From Tubulanus polymorphus (taxonomy: Eukaryota; Animalia; Nemertea): DNA of 64,000 nucleotides. Positions 42,558 to 61,000 of this stretch are shown here, piece by piece. Positions within the stretch are counted from its first letter, which is position 1. Every line of letters begins with the position of its first letter. The position numbers and the translations under genes were made by a program. The stretch lies in assembly GCF_964204645.1 (NCBI RefSeq), contig NC_134027.1, positions 4,992,485 through 5,056,484 of the forward strand, in the 5' to 3' direction. Below the pieces are notes generated by a model. It did no database searches and was not told where the DNA came from. It saw only the letters and a program-made list of their open reading frames with translations.

Positions 42558-45500
42558 TCAAGTTGGTTCAGATACATGTGCGTTTCCATTAACGTTCGAG
42601 AATGGCTGCTGTTGTTCGGTGAGATGAGTTTTTTCCTGTTGACGAAGCTTCTTACAATGCCACCACATGTATAACGGATGCCCATACGAGATAATTTGTA
42701 AACCAACCAACATCAGATTCGCCTGAAAATGATATTAGATTTCCTGGTGGTAAAACAAGCATGTCAAAGTATATACTAGAGTTGAGCACGTGACGCATAG
42801 TAAATGATACTTACATAGAAAGGTTTGTTGTTCAGTACACCTTTTACAAAAAGGAATAGAGGTATTTGAAGAAAACTAAACAATGCAGAAACCGTCATAT
42901 ACAGACCAAATAATTTACCAAAATGCTCAGCCGGAAATCTGTAACAGATATGATATACGAATTAAGATTCATTTATTACAAATGATAGTAAATTTCTATG
43001 TGGAGTCAGTGATACTTACACTTTAGCAATGAAGGCCGAATTAGGCCCATAAAGGAGGGCTCTGTGAACGGTGTGCAGAAAACAGGTGACATATTGCAAA
43101 GGAAGTACAGGAATACAAGCACCAATTGACAGCAATAAGCCAACAGAAGTATCAAGTACAAATGATGGAATACAAGCCTTAATCTTCGCTGAAAAAAGAA
43201 ACAATTTGAACCATTGAATTTCTGATCTGAAACGATCGACACTATGCATAGTAAACTCGTGGTCCAGGGACACAATGCCCACTTTGAAAGTCATTTGAGA
43301 ATGCTTGACACTGACAATTTCAATACTCAGTGCCCCTTGTTGAACATATTGAACCTGTCACTTTCAAAGAACAAATTACCTTCGGGCTAATTTCTGGGCA
43401 ACAAATGTATCTTGGGGCCATACATAGCATATCAAGACAATACATCAAAGCAAAGGTCGAAACCTTTCCAGAAAACTAGATTCTATCTACAGATAGATGG
43501 ATTGGAGATGGATGAACCAACACAAGTTTCTATAGACTAACCTATTCTAAGATTATGTTCATTCTTGTCTACTCTATCCATAAGTCGACCACTCAATGGT
43601 GCTAAGAACATACTAGCAATTGACATAACTGAGAAGATACCAGTGAAATGACTGACTGAAAAGACATATTACATAAAATATTGAGAAGATTTATAATATC
43701 TCATATCATCTATCATCGGTATCGAATGCTGAATCAATTGGAAACATTGAACTTAATGCTGTTCATGAAAAATCTGTTGAATCAGATGAAATCATGGATT
43801 TAACTGATCCAAATTGAGCAGGGTCTACCATTGTATGATTGAAAGCATCGCAAACATACCAGTGGCTTTATCACCATTTGACATATCAGTGATCCAAACA
43901 TGAAATAATGACATGAAGAACCAATTGCGAAGTCGCTGCACACAAACCCACAATACATCACTGATAAGAAGTGGATTGAGTAAAATTCGCCTGAAAATAT
44001 TTGTAGAAACAACAACTGAATAAGTGAAATCCCGATAGAAACTTAAACAGGAATTAAATAGAAAGCTGCGTGAGAACCTGAAATTACGGGTTTCATATTC
44101 GCTGTATAACGATAAATTGTCTGATTGAGTTTCAGCGAGATCTTCTTTCACCAGATCATGATCGATGAAATCGCACAATGATGAAGCTTTTCCAAATATA
44201 AGTTCGTTTTTCTGCAGCTGGTTTAGATGCGGAGCACTGAAAAGATGGCACATTACATTTACGTTTAAATATCTAGTGGAAAATATACCAGCTAATACAA
44301 CAGTCAAACCCGCTTATAATCTAGATTGGCTTAGTCCGGATTTTGGTCCAATCCACACAATATTTGCAGTCCATTTGTTTATTAATCCGGATTTCCCATA
44401 AACCGGCTGAATTTTGTTCGTCCCAAATGATCCGAATTAAGCGGATTCTACTGTATTTGTTACCTTGAGAACATTTTACTTCGTAAGTCGTGTTTTGGTA
44501 AATCAAGGAATTTATTACACACTTCTTGATTTTCGTCGTCCCGTTGCTGTTCAGGCTCATGATTTGTATCGCTCTTCTTTCTACAACATCTGCTTATGCG
44601 TTTCATCATTTTGGTGGAATAATCAGGCGGCGCCGGTGACGGTATGCGACTCTTTGGAAAAAAGATGAACGTGCTAGGTATTACCATACACGAGAAAAGT
44701 ACAGCAATGAAAATGAAACACGCGTGCAGTGAAACGTTTCCATATTCATACGCAAACTGAAAATAAAATTTATAGCGTTATACATCTCTGTAATAAATTT
44801 ATCTCATTAGATATCTCAATATCATTTATGTGCTTTGACAATTCAGGTACCTTGACTAGAACAAATCCAAATGAGCTCGAATCAAAACCACCAGTGTATA
44901 AAGCAATAATTGTACATTTGTATGCAGGTAGCAAATTAGCTATCTGCATATTGGTGAACAAAATGTAATATCCGGCAAATGACAGCAAGATGATACTGGG
45001 ATAAGTAAATATCGAATATTCTGAAGAAGCAAAATGAAAAATATTCAAAATCTTATTTATCTAAATCAAGAAGAAATAATCCCATTTTGAAAATAAGAAA
45101 AAGTGCGATACATATCAGATTCAAGATACAGTATAGCTGACTCAATTCTGATCGGTTTTATTCGGATTTTCACTTATTTCAGACAAAAATTTCCAGTCCC
45201 TTCTATTCAAATGAGAGCATATAATTCGGATTTTGCTTAATTTCGACAAAATTTTCCAGTCCCAGGTGATCCAAATTAAGAGAGTTCTACTGTAGGCTAA
45301 TTCAAATCAACTGCCTAATCAATAATTCATGCAACATAGGGCAATCGGAATCATTATCTACTAACCTGGCTTGATAAACGCTATCGTTAGAAATGACACC
45401 AGGCTTCCAATTCTGAAAGAAATTACACAACGGTATAAAAAATTGACTGAAGAAACCTTATTTTGAAATGGAAATTCAATAACAATGACTGAGCTACTAC

Positions 45501-45903
45501 TTGTTTCTAAATTAACTTATTATAGAAAGGAAATCTTTCTGTTTGCATGAACTTACATGGATATAAGCCGGCAAATCCTGGTTCCAAACCTATCATACAG
45601 AACTCCAGTAAGGAACAATGATGCTCCAGTGATCACTGTAGCTAGAGTAAATATCTGCTGAAATGTGAAATCTCTCTCTGGGCAGGAATCATCGAGGTCT
45701 GTGGCGTCGGAGCTATTCCTCGCAATTGAAGATGTGTTATTTTCCGTTCCATTTTCCACGCTCCGCAAACAATATGAAGCAAAGTATCCTTCTTTCCTTA
45801 AGACAAACTCAAGAGATGGCCAACCAAATATCTGTCCAGCAAACAAGGCTACTTCTGCAAATCCCCAAGCTATGATCACTCGGTGCATTAAATTCTTTGC
45901 CAT
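42558..45903 (-). CDS. SLC43A3: SLC43 family MFS transporter (SLC43A3-like), paralog 2
   Basis: Exons 45903-45557, 45412-45366, 45020-44851, 44756-44464, 44236-44078, 43990-43860, 43655-43542, 43188-43020, 42938-42815, 42722-42558. Internal exon sizes 47/170/114/169/124 are identical to paralog 1. Motifs GWPSLEFVLRKEGYF, GGFDSSS, VHRALLYG, FPAEHFGKLFG. Confidence 0.9.
44301..44453. mobile_element. Tc1/pogo(Tigger)-like MITE
   Basis: Ends CAGTCAAACCCGCTTA ... TTAAGCGGATTCTACTG followed by TA; related to the element at 45129-45292. Confidence 0.6.
45129..45292. mobile_element. Tc1/pogo(Tigger)-like MITE with TA TSD
   Basis: TA|CAGTATAGCTGACTCAATTCTGATC ... GATCCAAATTAAGAGAGTTCTACTG|TA; internal direct repeat ttcggatttt...gacaaaa...ttccagtccc. 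Confidence 0.65.
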
Positions 45904-46839
45904 GATCACCTGGAGTAAATTCAGTTAGTTACCTAATCGTTGGTGGAAAGCTTTTTATAATTGGGTGAGCTTCTACCAACAGCATGGTTTGTGAAAAAAT
46001 CCAATTGTGAAACTAAACCACAGACAGGTTACTGACTAGAGAAAATTGAACAGTGTCAGTGTTTCGAATCAGGCTTTATTGTGATTAAAGTCACACAGAT
46101 ATGTGCATAGGCCTACCCTATGTCATTAATCCTCAAGCCTTTTTTTACAAAGGTAGGCTGCACTGGTAAGTTAAAAGACAAAATGAATGAAGAAATGACA
46201 ACAACAGTGGCACTTTCTCATCGAAGACAAATTTGAAAAAAGAATTGTTAAAAAATAGGCAAATCATTTTAGGTTTATCGATCTTTACAAAACTCACTCG
46301 GCTGTTCTATTCGAGTATTCTACTTTTGACTACTACTACAAACTGGACTGGACTGATGGACTGATTGATGATGAGACGGGAGTCGAGAGTGCAGTAATTT
46401 TCATCACGTGTTCTTCTTTTATTATACAGTTGGCACTTTGTCTTTATTGTTTTTGCACTTTTGACATACATAACAAACACTACTGTTTGCAAAAAATTCG
46501 ATCAAAGGTCGCAAATCTCAACGAATTTGATAGTTCTAGCGAACGAACTTATTACTCACATGCCACAGTATGAACGTTGAGGGGTGAAGTTAGTTGACAT
46601 GTTCGCCGCTAACGAGATTTATAGGAGCAGCACTTGACGGTAAAGATCTAACACCGGCGTGGCTAACGAGTCACATATCAAGAAAACATAAAATTTCCTA
46701 TACTAATTACATAATTGATACAAATGTTTCTATCAAGCAGTAATGAGGTATAGTATATAAAGAGGTGACAAAAAGTTGGCCGCGAATATTGGAAATTAAA
46801 TACAGGATTCGAACTCACTCACGCTTCGAAATAGGCTAA

Positions 46840-46851
46840 TGCGCATGCGCA
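46840..46851. promoter_or_regulatory. NRF1/EWG/P3A2 palindromic site in the divergent SLC43A3-2 / NUDT21 promoter
   Basis: Perfect TGCGCATGCGCA ending 12 nt before the NUDT21 ATG. Confidence 0.55.
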
Positions 46852-46862
46852 TAAATATAACA

Positions 46863-51659
<4,797 letters not shown>

Positions 51660-53462
51660 TGATTATGATGATTGATTCTGTCGCAATGCAATAGGTGGCA
51701 GAGTTGTTTTTATGATTCACTGTATCTGAGGTGACATGTTAAGAAATCCATGCTTTTGTCCAATCAATCGCTAGATTTATCCTAGCTATAACCATGATTG
51801 TTGCAATGATTACCTGACAGATTTTATTCAATATTTCACATATTTTGTGCATGCTTCAACTAGACGTTACCAGCCTGAATTGTGAATTATTTTTTTGTTG
51901 TTTTGGTTGTCTGTTGAAATCCATTTATCTATTTGAATGTCATGGTAGGAGGCCTTATTTCCGTAAACTCGAACGTTAATTCGATGGCGTAAGTCTGATT
52001 AAAAAAAAATCCGTTAATTTACCAGTGTTTACACGCAGGCTGTATTCTAATATTCCTCATTTATTAGCCAACCTATTCAGGGCGCAAAGCTTACTGACAA
52101 AGATGCTTTTAGCCGGGATTAAATACGCTGGTTATCCTTCATTAAAATACCAGATTTGCGCATTAACAGCACGTGAAAGCATTACTCCGCCTTGAATACA
52201 CGGTTTTCGTCGCTTTTGTCTTTAACGCGCTGGGTATGAACTCTGTTGCTGGCATTCAACAATGTGTAGTCGTTGGAGTCCATTTGTATGATTGAAAACT
52301 CACACGCATCAAAGTTATCGCGTTGAATAGCCTTACCATAGCATTGATTTAATGTTGACATACAGAATCTAGGAGTACTTACAAATGACTACTGAAATGA
52401 CTACCGCTGCGTAGTCGTTTCGGCGTTAATTACAACTATTTTACAAACGCTGTCACCTCCAAAATGGATGAAGCGGATGGCAAATTAAATTTGCATTGTA
52501 AGTGTGTCGCTTTCAGTCGTTGGGGAGAGTAATTCTATTAGAGTGATGTTGATCGAATACGATCCGCAGGAACACCGATATTCATGGATTTTGGTGCTGA
52601 AAAATATAATGTCCATCGAAGTGCACCTTTGAATTTCGAAAGGATTGAACATGCCGCAGTGAACAGATTCTGTTCACCTGATATGAATTGTTTGATTTTC
52701 TATAAAATTTCATTTTATTATATTCAATTAACCGAGATAACCTATCATCGATATATGTTTTTATATCGATGAACTACGGAAATAAGACCCTATGACTCAT
52801 CTCGGTGATAAGTGATTTCATCGCCCATTCTTCCGATACTTTGTAATCGCCTTCCGATGTCCGATAGAGAATTTATCCCTCGGTCCCCTGGTATTTTTGA
52901 CTAATTCATCCTCAATGATTGCATTGTTTTAGTGCGACGTTGGATGCGTAATGCTTTCATTCCCCAGTGGTAGATTGCAATATCACATCACGTCGTATAG
53001 TATGAAATGCCATATAGCGACTGTCTGTTCATAGCATATGGAATTTATTGCGATTGTCATTTTTGGAGCTGAAAGTAATTCACTAAATCTGTACTTATCA
53101 CACACGAACAATTTCTGTGCGTAATAGGAGCTTTTTATATGAGTGCTTTACTTATGAATTGTGTACTGGTCATTATTACATTTGCCAGTGTCTTTCAGTC
53201 AAGTGCTTCATTGGCAATCACTGGTTCTAACAGGGTATAGATTTATCGACTAGTATCTACTCTGATTTTCAACACCCAAGATTACTACGCGCTGCGTTAT
53301 GAGTGAAGATGATGTCAAATAATTCGGAAGTCTTGACCACTATTTATCTCCAGCTTATTAACACTCATTTGACTAAATTGGTGTTATCGAGTGTTGCGTC
53401 GTTCAAGGAAGTGGTGGTGGTAGGCACGTAGGGGTAGTATCCTATTGCTTGACATACTTTTC

Positions 53463-53667
53463 CAAGGTGGCCTCTTATTTGGAAATCAGGGTAAAGTCAG
53501 AGAATTTTGCTCTTAAAAAAGGGATTTGTCCGGTAATTTTGTTAAAGGTAAAATATCTGTGAAAAATGTTGAGACAGTTTGATAGTTAATTGATTGTATT
53601 CTTACCAGATAAACTCAGGGAAAACAACTTGCAAGTCAGGGCATAGCAAATAAAAATGGTCACATTG
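53463..53667. mobile_element. Degenerate MITE (CAGGGTGGCC-type ends, internal tcaggg repeats)
   Basis: caaggtggcc ... ggtcacattg imperfect inverted ends; repeated tcaggg motifs. Confidence 0.35.
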
Positions 53668-55683
53668 TTAGAAATTTGATACTTTCGTGCCAACCTGTTC
53701 GATTTGTGCCTCTTGACATGATTTTAGATGTTAAATTCTGATCATACTTCTCGTATAAAGCTTGTACACCTGAACGCACTATCAACAGCTGCAAGGCAGA
53801 ACTGTCTCAATGAAACATGATCCGATCATGCGCAATCAGACATGATGACTTTTTAATTGTGCTGCAAATACTGTTTAGTTGCCATTAATTGTGATTTGTT
53901 CAGTAATAATTCCTGACACTAGCATTTGTATAATGCATGCGTACAGATGGCTGATACTGATTGTAGCTTGTCGCTGCTCGCCCGCTAGTCAGTCGTTAAC
54001 CGGATGTTATGTCTGTATTCTACTCATTATTATTCATATCGTCGATTCATATGAGATCGAAAAGTGATGATCTACCTGACAAGTCTCTCGCTTAAATATG
54101 AAACGGTATTTTGGAAGAAAAAAGTTCCATCCTCTGCTTGACATTCATTTCACTAATGATTAGTAAATTGTTTAAAGTATGCAATGGTATGTTATGCAGA
54201 ATACAGCAGGTGGTGTCGGTCTATTTTGAATACCTAGAATTTATTTTCCATTCCAATGAAACTCCCTGTTTATGATAGGACTTCCTAACTTAAAGGAATT
54301 CATTGGCATTTTTGTTTCTTGGACTTCCATTACTAATCCTGCATTAAATGATGAAAATAATGCATACGCTTCAGGTAAAGTAGTTGAGTCATTCTCAATC
54401 ATCGTAACTTGGATTTTGCGTCCTTAATTCCTATTATTGAGGGACTTGGACGCTTGTAAATCAAAAAGAGCTGAAGTGGTACTCTGGGAGTAACGGTAAA
54501 TCACCGAGTCTTAGCTGGAATCATTAACGAACATCGGGCTCCGCACGTTTAATCATCTATTGATTGTGTTCATTCTCTGGTAAATAAAGTAACGTCATAA
54601 AACTTGGCTCCGCTTGACATGAGTTATAAACAGTCTTTCGCATTTACCGATTCTGATATACGCCGAAGTCAGAACTTTTCCAGAATCGTTCGTCTGTTGA
54701 AAAATCAGGGGCCCTACCTTTTTCTGTTCGGCGTGAACCTTATATCGATCGTAGAAAAATGAGGTTACTTCAGCGTCAAAATGTACCTTCTTTACAAAGG
54801 ATTAATATCAGTCAGTCAAGTTGTTGCTGGTGCAGTACAATATACACACCGACCCTTCTGACTGGTTCTCATGGATCTGTTTATAATTAATGAGGATAAA
54901 AGCTTTATCAACAAGTCCTTAAAAGGAACTATTCTTTCTTTGTTCCACTAGCGCTGAAAGTCAATATCGCCAACTGGCTCACAAATTGGGCTTCTAGTAA
55001 CAATGACTTGGCCATTAGTTTATTGGGTCTACATCAATAAATCGCGAAAATTCTGCATGAATCTTGCCTACAAGTTCTTAACCTGTAGAAAACATATGAA
55101 AGTTGCACGTGAGTCGTTGACTATCGGTAGTTGCACAGCAGGAAGCTGGTTTCACTGATGCGATGTGAAGTGTGTGGAAAAACTCGATTGAATATATTGA
55201 CTACTGGCAATCGATGCCAGCGGTTTACGTGTCTGCTTCTAGATAGAATTCATCAGAGATTTGAAGTGTTACGGGCTAGCTCGTAATTCAATGACACCTG
55301 ACCATCAACTGTCATACAATCGTATGATAACGTTCTTCGAAAAGATTTAGTGATTATTTTGTGTCTGCCATTTTCTGAGATATGCATCAGTGAACATTAG
55401 CATATGGTCATTAATAGGTGAAATCTCGGATGGTTTATGTATGTTGAGCAGTAACAAAAAAAAACCAAGTCGCCTACCACAACGTTTAAGACCAGTCTGA
55501 TGAAAAATGTGAATGCGTTGTTTGATCCAAGACTGTAATTAGAAATTCATTTGTAGTTGTGGTTTCAGTCTTAGTCATTGAATGGTTACATTGTCTTATC
55601 ATTGAGCGTTAGTTGTTTGTTTAGTTCATCTTGTCGTGCAGTCAACAGCGTATATCAGTCTTACTAACATGCTCTCATTACAG

Positions 55684-55719
55684 CTCAATGATGAAGCTCG
55701 CTCAATCGCTCGTCTCCCC
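55684..55719 (+). other. Candidate 36-nt cassette exon downstream of NUDT21 exon 6
   Basis: Consensus branch point TACTAAC (55662-55668), acceptor ctctcattacag and donor C|gtaagt; length is a multiple of 3. Confidence 0.5.
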
Positions 55720-55978
55720 GTAAGTAAACAGGAGACACATTGGATTGAAAGCTGACAGTAGAACTGGATGTGTTGACGAACACTGACTCACAGAATATTA
55801 TTGTCTCTACTTCACTGGATATCGGCTGCTTTTTGAAGATAACCACAATAATAATTTGTATGCAACCATCTAGAAAATATGCTGGTAATTTTGTGAGATT
55901 TAGAAATGTCTTATAGTACTCTATAATTAAGAGTAAATCTACCCAAGCGTCGAAGCTTTCAGCGATTCGAAGAAACAA

Positions 55979-56110
55979 TAGCCACGATCACACGAGACGA
56001 TTTGGCCCAGGCCCAACTGGCACGGATCAGGCCCGAGCCAAATTTGGTCGTGCCAAAAAGACACGGACCCATTTTCGTCGGGCCAAAAAATGGTCATGTG
56101 ATTGAAGCTA
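55979..56110. mobile_element. PIF/Harbinger-like MITE
   Basis: tagccacgatcacacga ... tcatgtgattgaagcta imperfect TIRs with internal ggccc/gccaaa subrepeats. Confidence 0.45.
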
Positions 56111-57997
56111 TAGTTTGATGCATCAGTTGAAAGGCTTCGAATCGAGTGGATATTCTTTCATATATAAGGATTCGTAGCACATTGTCCGCGCGTGAGCGTC
56201 TACATTCTAATTAATGATATATTGCACGGTTGACTTGTTGAGTAGAGAATTCACTCATATCTCTGATGCATAGATTTACAAATCAGCTGCCATTTATCCT
56301 ACTCTTATCTGTTGATACAGACTGCTGATTTCATAGGTTTCCCTGAACCAATTATTGGGTCGGCTCTAATGGTGAATTATTGACACTGTATTGCATTTCT
56401 GAGACTGCTTCGTTGATAGGCTTCATCTTTACTTCCATTTTTGGAAGTTCTGAATGAGCGCCCGCGGGTACACGTTGCACCTTTTGTTTCGTGTTTGCGA
56501 GGCCTTATATCGGATATTCTACAGGATTATCCGTATTCATTTTGAAAATGTTTGTTCACGTTCTGTTTGACAAATATGGACTAGTTTGACTAGTTGAGTT
56601 ATGGCTTCTTTAAAAGATTCGCGATTCGTTTTAATTTTTTGCAAAAGATGAAAAGTTTCCGAGCGCTCGCGATTGCCTGAGTGGTTCGAAGCACTTGCTT
56701 AAATCCCCTTAAGGCCAAACACAGATGTTGTGATGCACAGGCTTTGAGTGGACAGTAAATTTTAGCTAAGGGCTAGTTTATTCGAAGACACAATACTACG
56801 GATCCGAAATAACCCCGTTAAACTGTAGGTGGTACAATTGCCAAATTTTTATTAACTAAATCTTAATTTGTCGTCTGTCGGAGGGAAATGATGCGCGTAC
56901 GCAACAATATTCGAATCAAAACGGTCATTGTGTTGGAGATCCCAGGCTGTAAGTATCGGTCATTGTTGTTCAACGTCTCGAAGTGTGGCATCTCAGCGTG
57001 TTGCCGCTTTCCTTGTGGCAAAATTCTCAAACAAAATAGAGTAATTAATGGCTCAGTAGATTATACTCAAGCCATGTGATTGTTGTGCGGCGTCTATTGT
57101 GAAAAGGTTGGTTTTCATGACAGATTCGACTGAGACGCACGTGTCAAAATTACATGGTCAAGAAGTGACCATCACATTCATTTACATGCGATGGACCTAT
57201 ATTTTTGTATGTGACTTTTAACATTTTCATTCAGGCTATTACGCGTTAGGATTCATGGTTGGATTTATTTCCTGTAACACGGTGTCACTTTTCTTTTCAT
57301 ATATCATTATTTCGAATTGCATTATTCAGTATGAATCCCCACTCGGCGAGTGAATTAATATTCCGTAAAGATGTCCCAGAACTATTGTTTCATTAATGTT
57401 TTGTAAATTGAATCATGCGACGCGACGTGCAACATTCTGGATATCGGCCAACAAAAGAAGCCCATTTGCTGAAATTAATTTAAGAATTTTGTGTCGGATT
57501 TTTGTTGCGGCATTCCCTAGTGGTGCATATTAGTCGCGAATTTCATGTATCATGTAAGAAGATTGATTGTCTTTGCCGAGACGCCTCTTCTATTGTTCTA
57601 GTCATTGTAAGGTGCCGCAATCGTCACCCTGGTCAGGACAATGAGTCACGAACTGTTTAAACTAGCGGGGAGAGTAATTTTACTGATGGTTAGGGAACCA
57701 ATACCGCCTCATTATTGAACTCTATTGAAGATATTTTGACGCCGTAAAAAATGTTAAAATAATGTTTATATACATTGATACCATAGTACGCGTTATAGGG
57801 GTTCTGTGTGAGTCGACATGAACTATGTCATCAATATATTGGCGCTTAATAACAACAATTACAATTGTAAATTTTGGCATTATTTTGTAATTGAATATAC
57901 TTCATAACTCTTATTTTATGTTAGATGAATTTTGATTTATTTCTGAAAGGATGTGCTCTACATCATCAGTACATGGGTGCGAGACTGCTAGAATATG

Positions 57998-58075
57998 TGT
58001 ATGTATATATGTGTGTTATTTTTCAAGGCGTCAATAAACTTTCAAGTTAGTTTTACTGTTTGTGTTACTGTGTTA
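57998..58075 (+). terminator. Candidate polyadenylation site (possibly NUDT21)
   Basis: TGTATGTA (57998-58005), AATAAA (58033-58038) and a downstream GT/T-rich element ttttactgtttgtgttactgtgtt. Confidence 0.5.
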
Positions 58076-61000
58076 CTTCCTTTGATAACAGAACAAGGAA
58101 AAGTCATTTAGACTCTTACTTAGAATTATTAGTTTCTATTCGTAGCACATGTTATAAAAAACATGCAGTGTGTTTTTTGAATCTCTTCAGTATAATTTAT
58201 TTGCTCTTCTTCTTCCTCTCATAACTGCTCGTTGAATGGAAAATCTGCGCTTGTAAATGTACTTAAACTTGAATAAGTTCAAATGCTGAACATTTGATAC
58301 TTCAATAATGTTTCCCATACATCTCAAACTAGATTACTGAAATTCAAACTTGTTTGCATTGATTTGATGTTGGTTGGTAGATGATGATGTTTCGTACCTC
58401 AGCCGAGCTCGAGTACTGTCATACCAATAATGACGTGACTCAGCACTAATAATGAAGGCATTTGCATTCAAAGACGTAAACTACAAAAGACAGGTTTTGT
58501 CGCAATTTGCCGCGGGGTACGGAAAGACGTCTCGCGGGACGTGGGTCAGTCCATTGTCTTGTCGGAGGTAGGTTCCTCGCCGATAATATGTATCAACAGA
58601 ATTTTCAGTATTTCTGGGGTAAAGTAAGCACATGTAAAAGAGAATGAAGATAGATGATGAAACGATGCGCATCCGTCTTCATTTTCTTAGACTTTTGTTT
58701 CCTCCTGCCAAACTGGAAAAAAAAGGCTGCGACGGAAATAGAACAAAATCATAAGCTCGAAAGAATGTTCGGTTTTAATCAAGAAATGAAATCTCGCGGC
58801 GTTTGCGTCCCGAAATTAGTTGGTCGATTTGTAGAGCAATCTTGCGTAGGAATGATGTCATCCTTTCGTTATGAGGTCATAGCTGTAAAAACACGCTGCA
58901 GAACAATTGGCAAATAAGAGATCATCAGGATAAAACTTTCTATAATCTCCATTTCTGACTCATCGTAGGCTGTAAAGGTACTGCGCGCCCGACTCATAGC
59001 GGATCACAATAGCCTGATTGTACTTTTTATAGTTAAATTATGCGCCTAGATTCGATCTGCATCATCTTGTGGATTAAGACTTGTTTAGTCAGACTACAAT
59101 GCATTGACCGCGGATGTGTCATTCATTTTCCCACCTCTCCCGAAGCCCGCCGAAGCTATCTATCTTATATCACTTGCAACTGAACTTCGTCCTTTGTCTT
59201 GCTGTCACTTGCAAGCGTCGGAATAGTTGTCTCGGGGTCTGACATTGATCTAACACCAGAAATGAGCTCCATTTCCCAATTTTGCGCGTCGTACGCGATC
59301 ACGATCTTCGTGCTTGAAAGAATGAATTGTTTTCGTGTACTGCTTAAGTTAGTATGATTTCTAATAAAGAACTGTTTGAATTTCCACACAGCTCTTTTCT
59401 CATCGCGACTGTAGAACACGGTCAGAGTTGGTGTTAATTCGGCTCGAGTTGTCATGATTTATGCCTTCGTTTAACGGACAATGGCTACGACGAACTTCCG
59501 CTAATTGCTTCGTTTTCTTGATAAGCTTCTTTGTCATCTTCGGTCGCTCGATCTTAAAGTAATCACATTCGAATTTGCATACAAAGATGTTGGTTTGTTT
59601 CTTACTAATCCCAGATCTTGCGCCGCTTTTGTGTCGTGCGACTGATTGCAAGCGTGCCCGGGTAGGTTTTCGTTGATTCCGATTTTTTGCTCGACTGTTT
59701 TTCGACGGACGTATCGTATTTTTATACGGCTCGTTTCTCTGTCGGACGGAGTTTCAGCTGCTTTCAAGACGCAACTAATGCTTCGTCTATTGTGATCACA
59801 AGTGAAATCAAATACCTCGATAGAAAGTCGAGTATGACTATTATAGCGCACCGATGCCTGTCACACGTGCGAGCGTGTGCCTCTCATTGACACTGTAAAA
59901 CGCCGTGATTTATGCACGCGCGTCGTAAGAGACTCCTTTTTTTTGTCAATATTTTCTAAAAATTCTGTTCAGAATTTGCCCGACTGAGAAATTGTCTTCT
60001 TGACCCGGTGAACTCTTCAACGAAACGATAGCTGCTTTTATGATAGATAAGTCCATAAAAAGTTGTCTAGTTTTTATCGCAGTCTATTCTCGAGGTGTCC
60101 GCTTGAAAAGAGATGCGTGCATTATTGATGAACCAGATGCTAACTAATTTCAGTCTCCGACACTGTGTCGTTACTGCATAATTCACATATTCAGACATGT
60201 TTTTTTGATTAATTTCGCGAGAAGTATTCTCCGAACTTATGAATAATAAATCAGCGCGTTGTTTTAAGATGTAAAAAGTTTCGAGTTTGTACGCGGATTC
60301 GTTGACTTGAATTTTAAAACAATGCTATTCGCTTTATATTATGAGAAATGTCTCGTCATCGTTTTTGATATGATATTGAAGGTGATAACCTTGTCTCATT
60401 GTTTTCGCAATAGAAGCATGGTACGGATGACTTGTGTTCCGTTGGATGCAAGAATTTATCATCCATCTTATTCTAAATGAGCTGTCTTAGCAAACAATAG
60501 AATACATATGATCGATCAATTCTCCAACTTGTGCTTGGCACTTAACAAAACGCGTTGGCCATGAAATGGTACACTGGCCTGGTAAATGAGCATGGCAACC
60601 TTAGCCTGACTTGTTTCTGACAAAAAACTCTAAACCTCTGCGTACCTGCTCATTGGGTCATTTTCAGGATTAAGCGCGGGTAATTATTGAACTAATTTAC
60701 GGTTCATTGTTGCCGATGCCTCTTAACCAGGGTCTCATTAACGACAAAAATGCCATTTCCAATGGGTGGACCACGAACCACTTCTTGAATTAATCAGATT
60801 ATCTCTAATGCTTTCTGCGAAGTATGGATTCGGCATGTCTTTATGGTCTCACGTACGAACTGCTGAGAGCTGTGCGAGTAACTTCCAAATGATTAGGTAG
60901 CTATTGGCAGCGCTGCTAATGATCCCGTCCATTTGCAAGATGAATATAGCAACAAGGTGCAGTTTTTATATGCGATGACACTAAGTATGATGAGCTTGAT

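Noticed and set aside
51665-51729. Possible C/D-box snoRNA (ATGATGA ... CTGA) just after NUDT21 exon 6
   Set aside because: No convincing terminal stem and no rRNA/snRNA guide complementarity that I could verify; such boxes arise by chance in AT-rich introns.
54670-54692. HSE-like gaacttttccagaatcgttc
   Set aside because: Only two correctly spaced nGAAn units, and not near a promoter.
57926-57928. In-register UGA in the NUDT21 tail candidate read as selenocysteine
   Set aside because: No SECIS-like AUGA/AA/GA stem is visible downstream, and the aligned residue in orthologs is Phe, not Cys.
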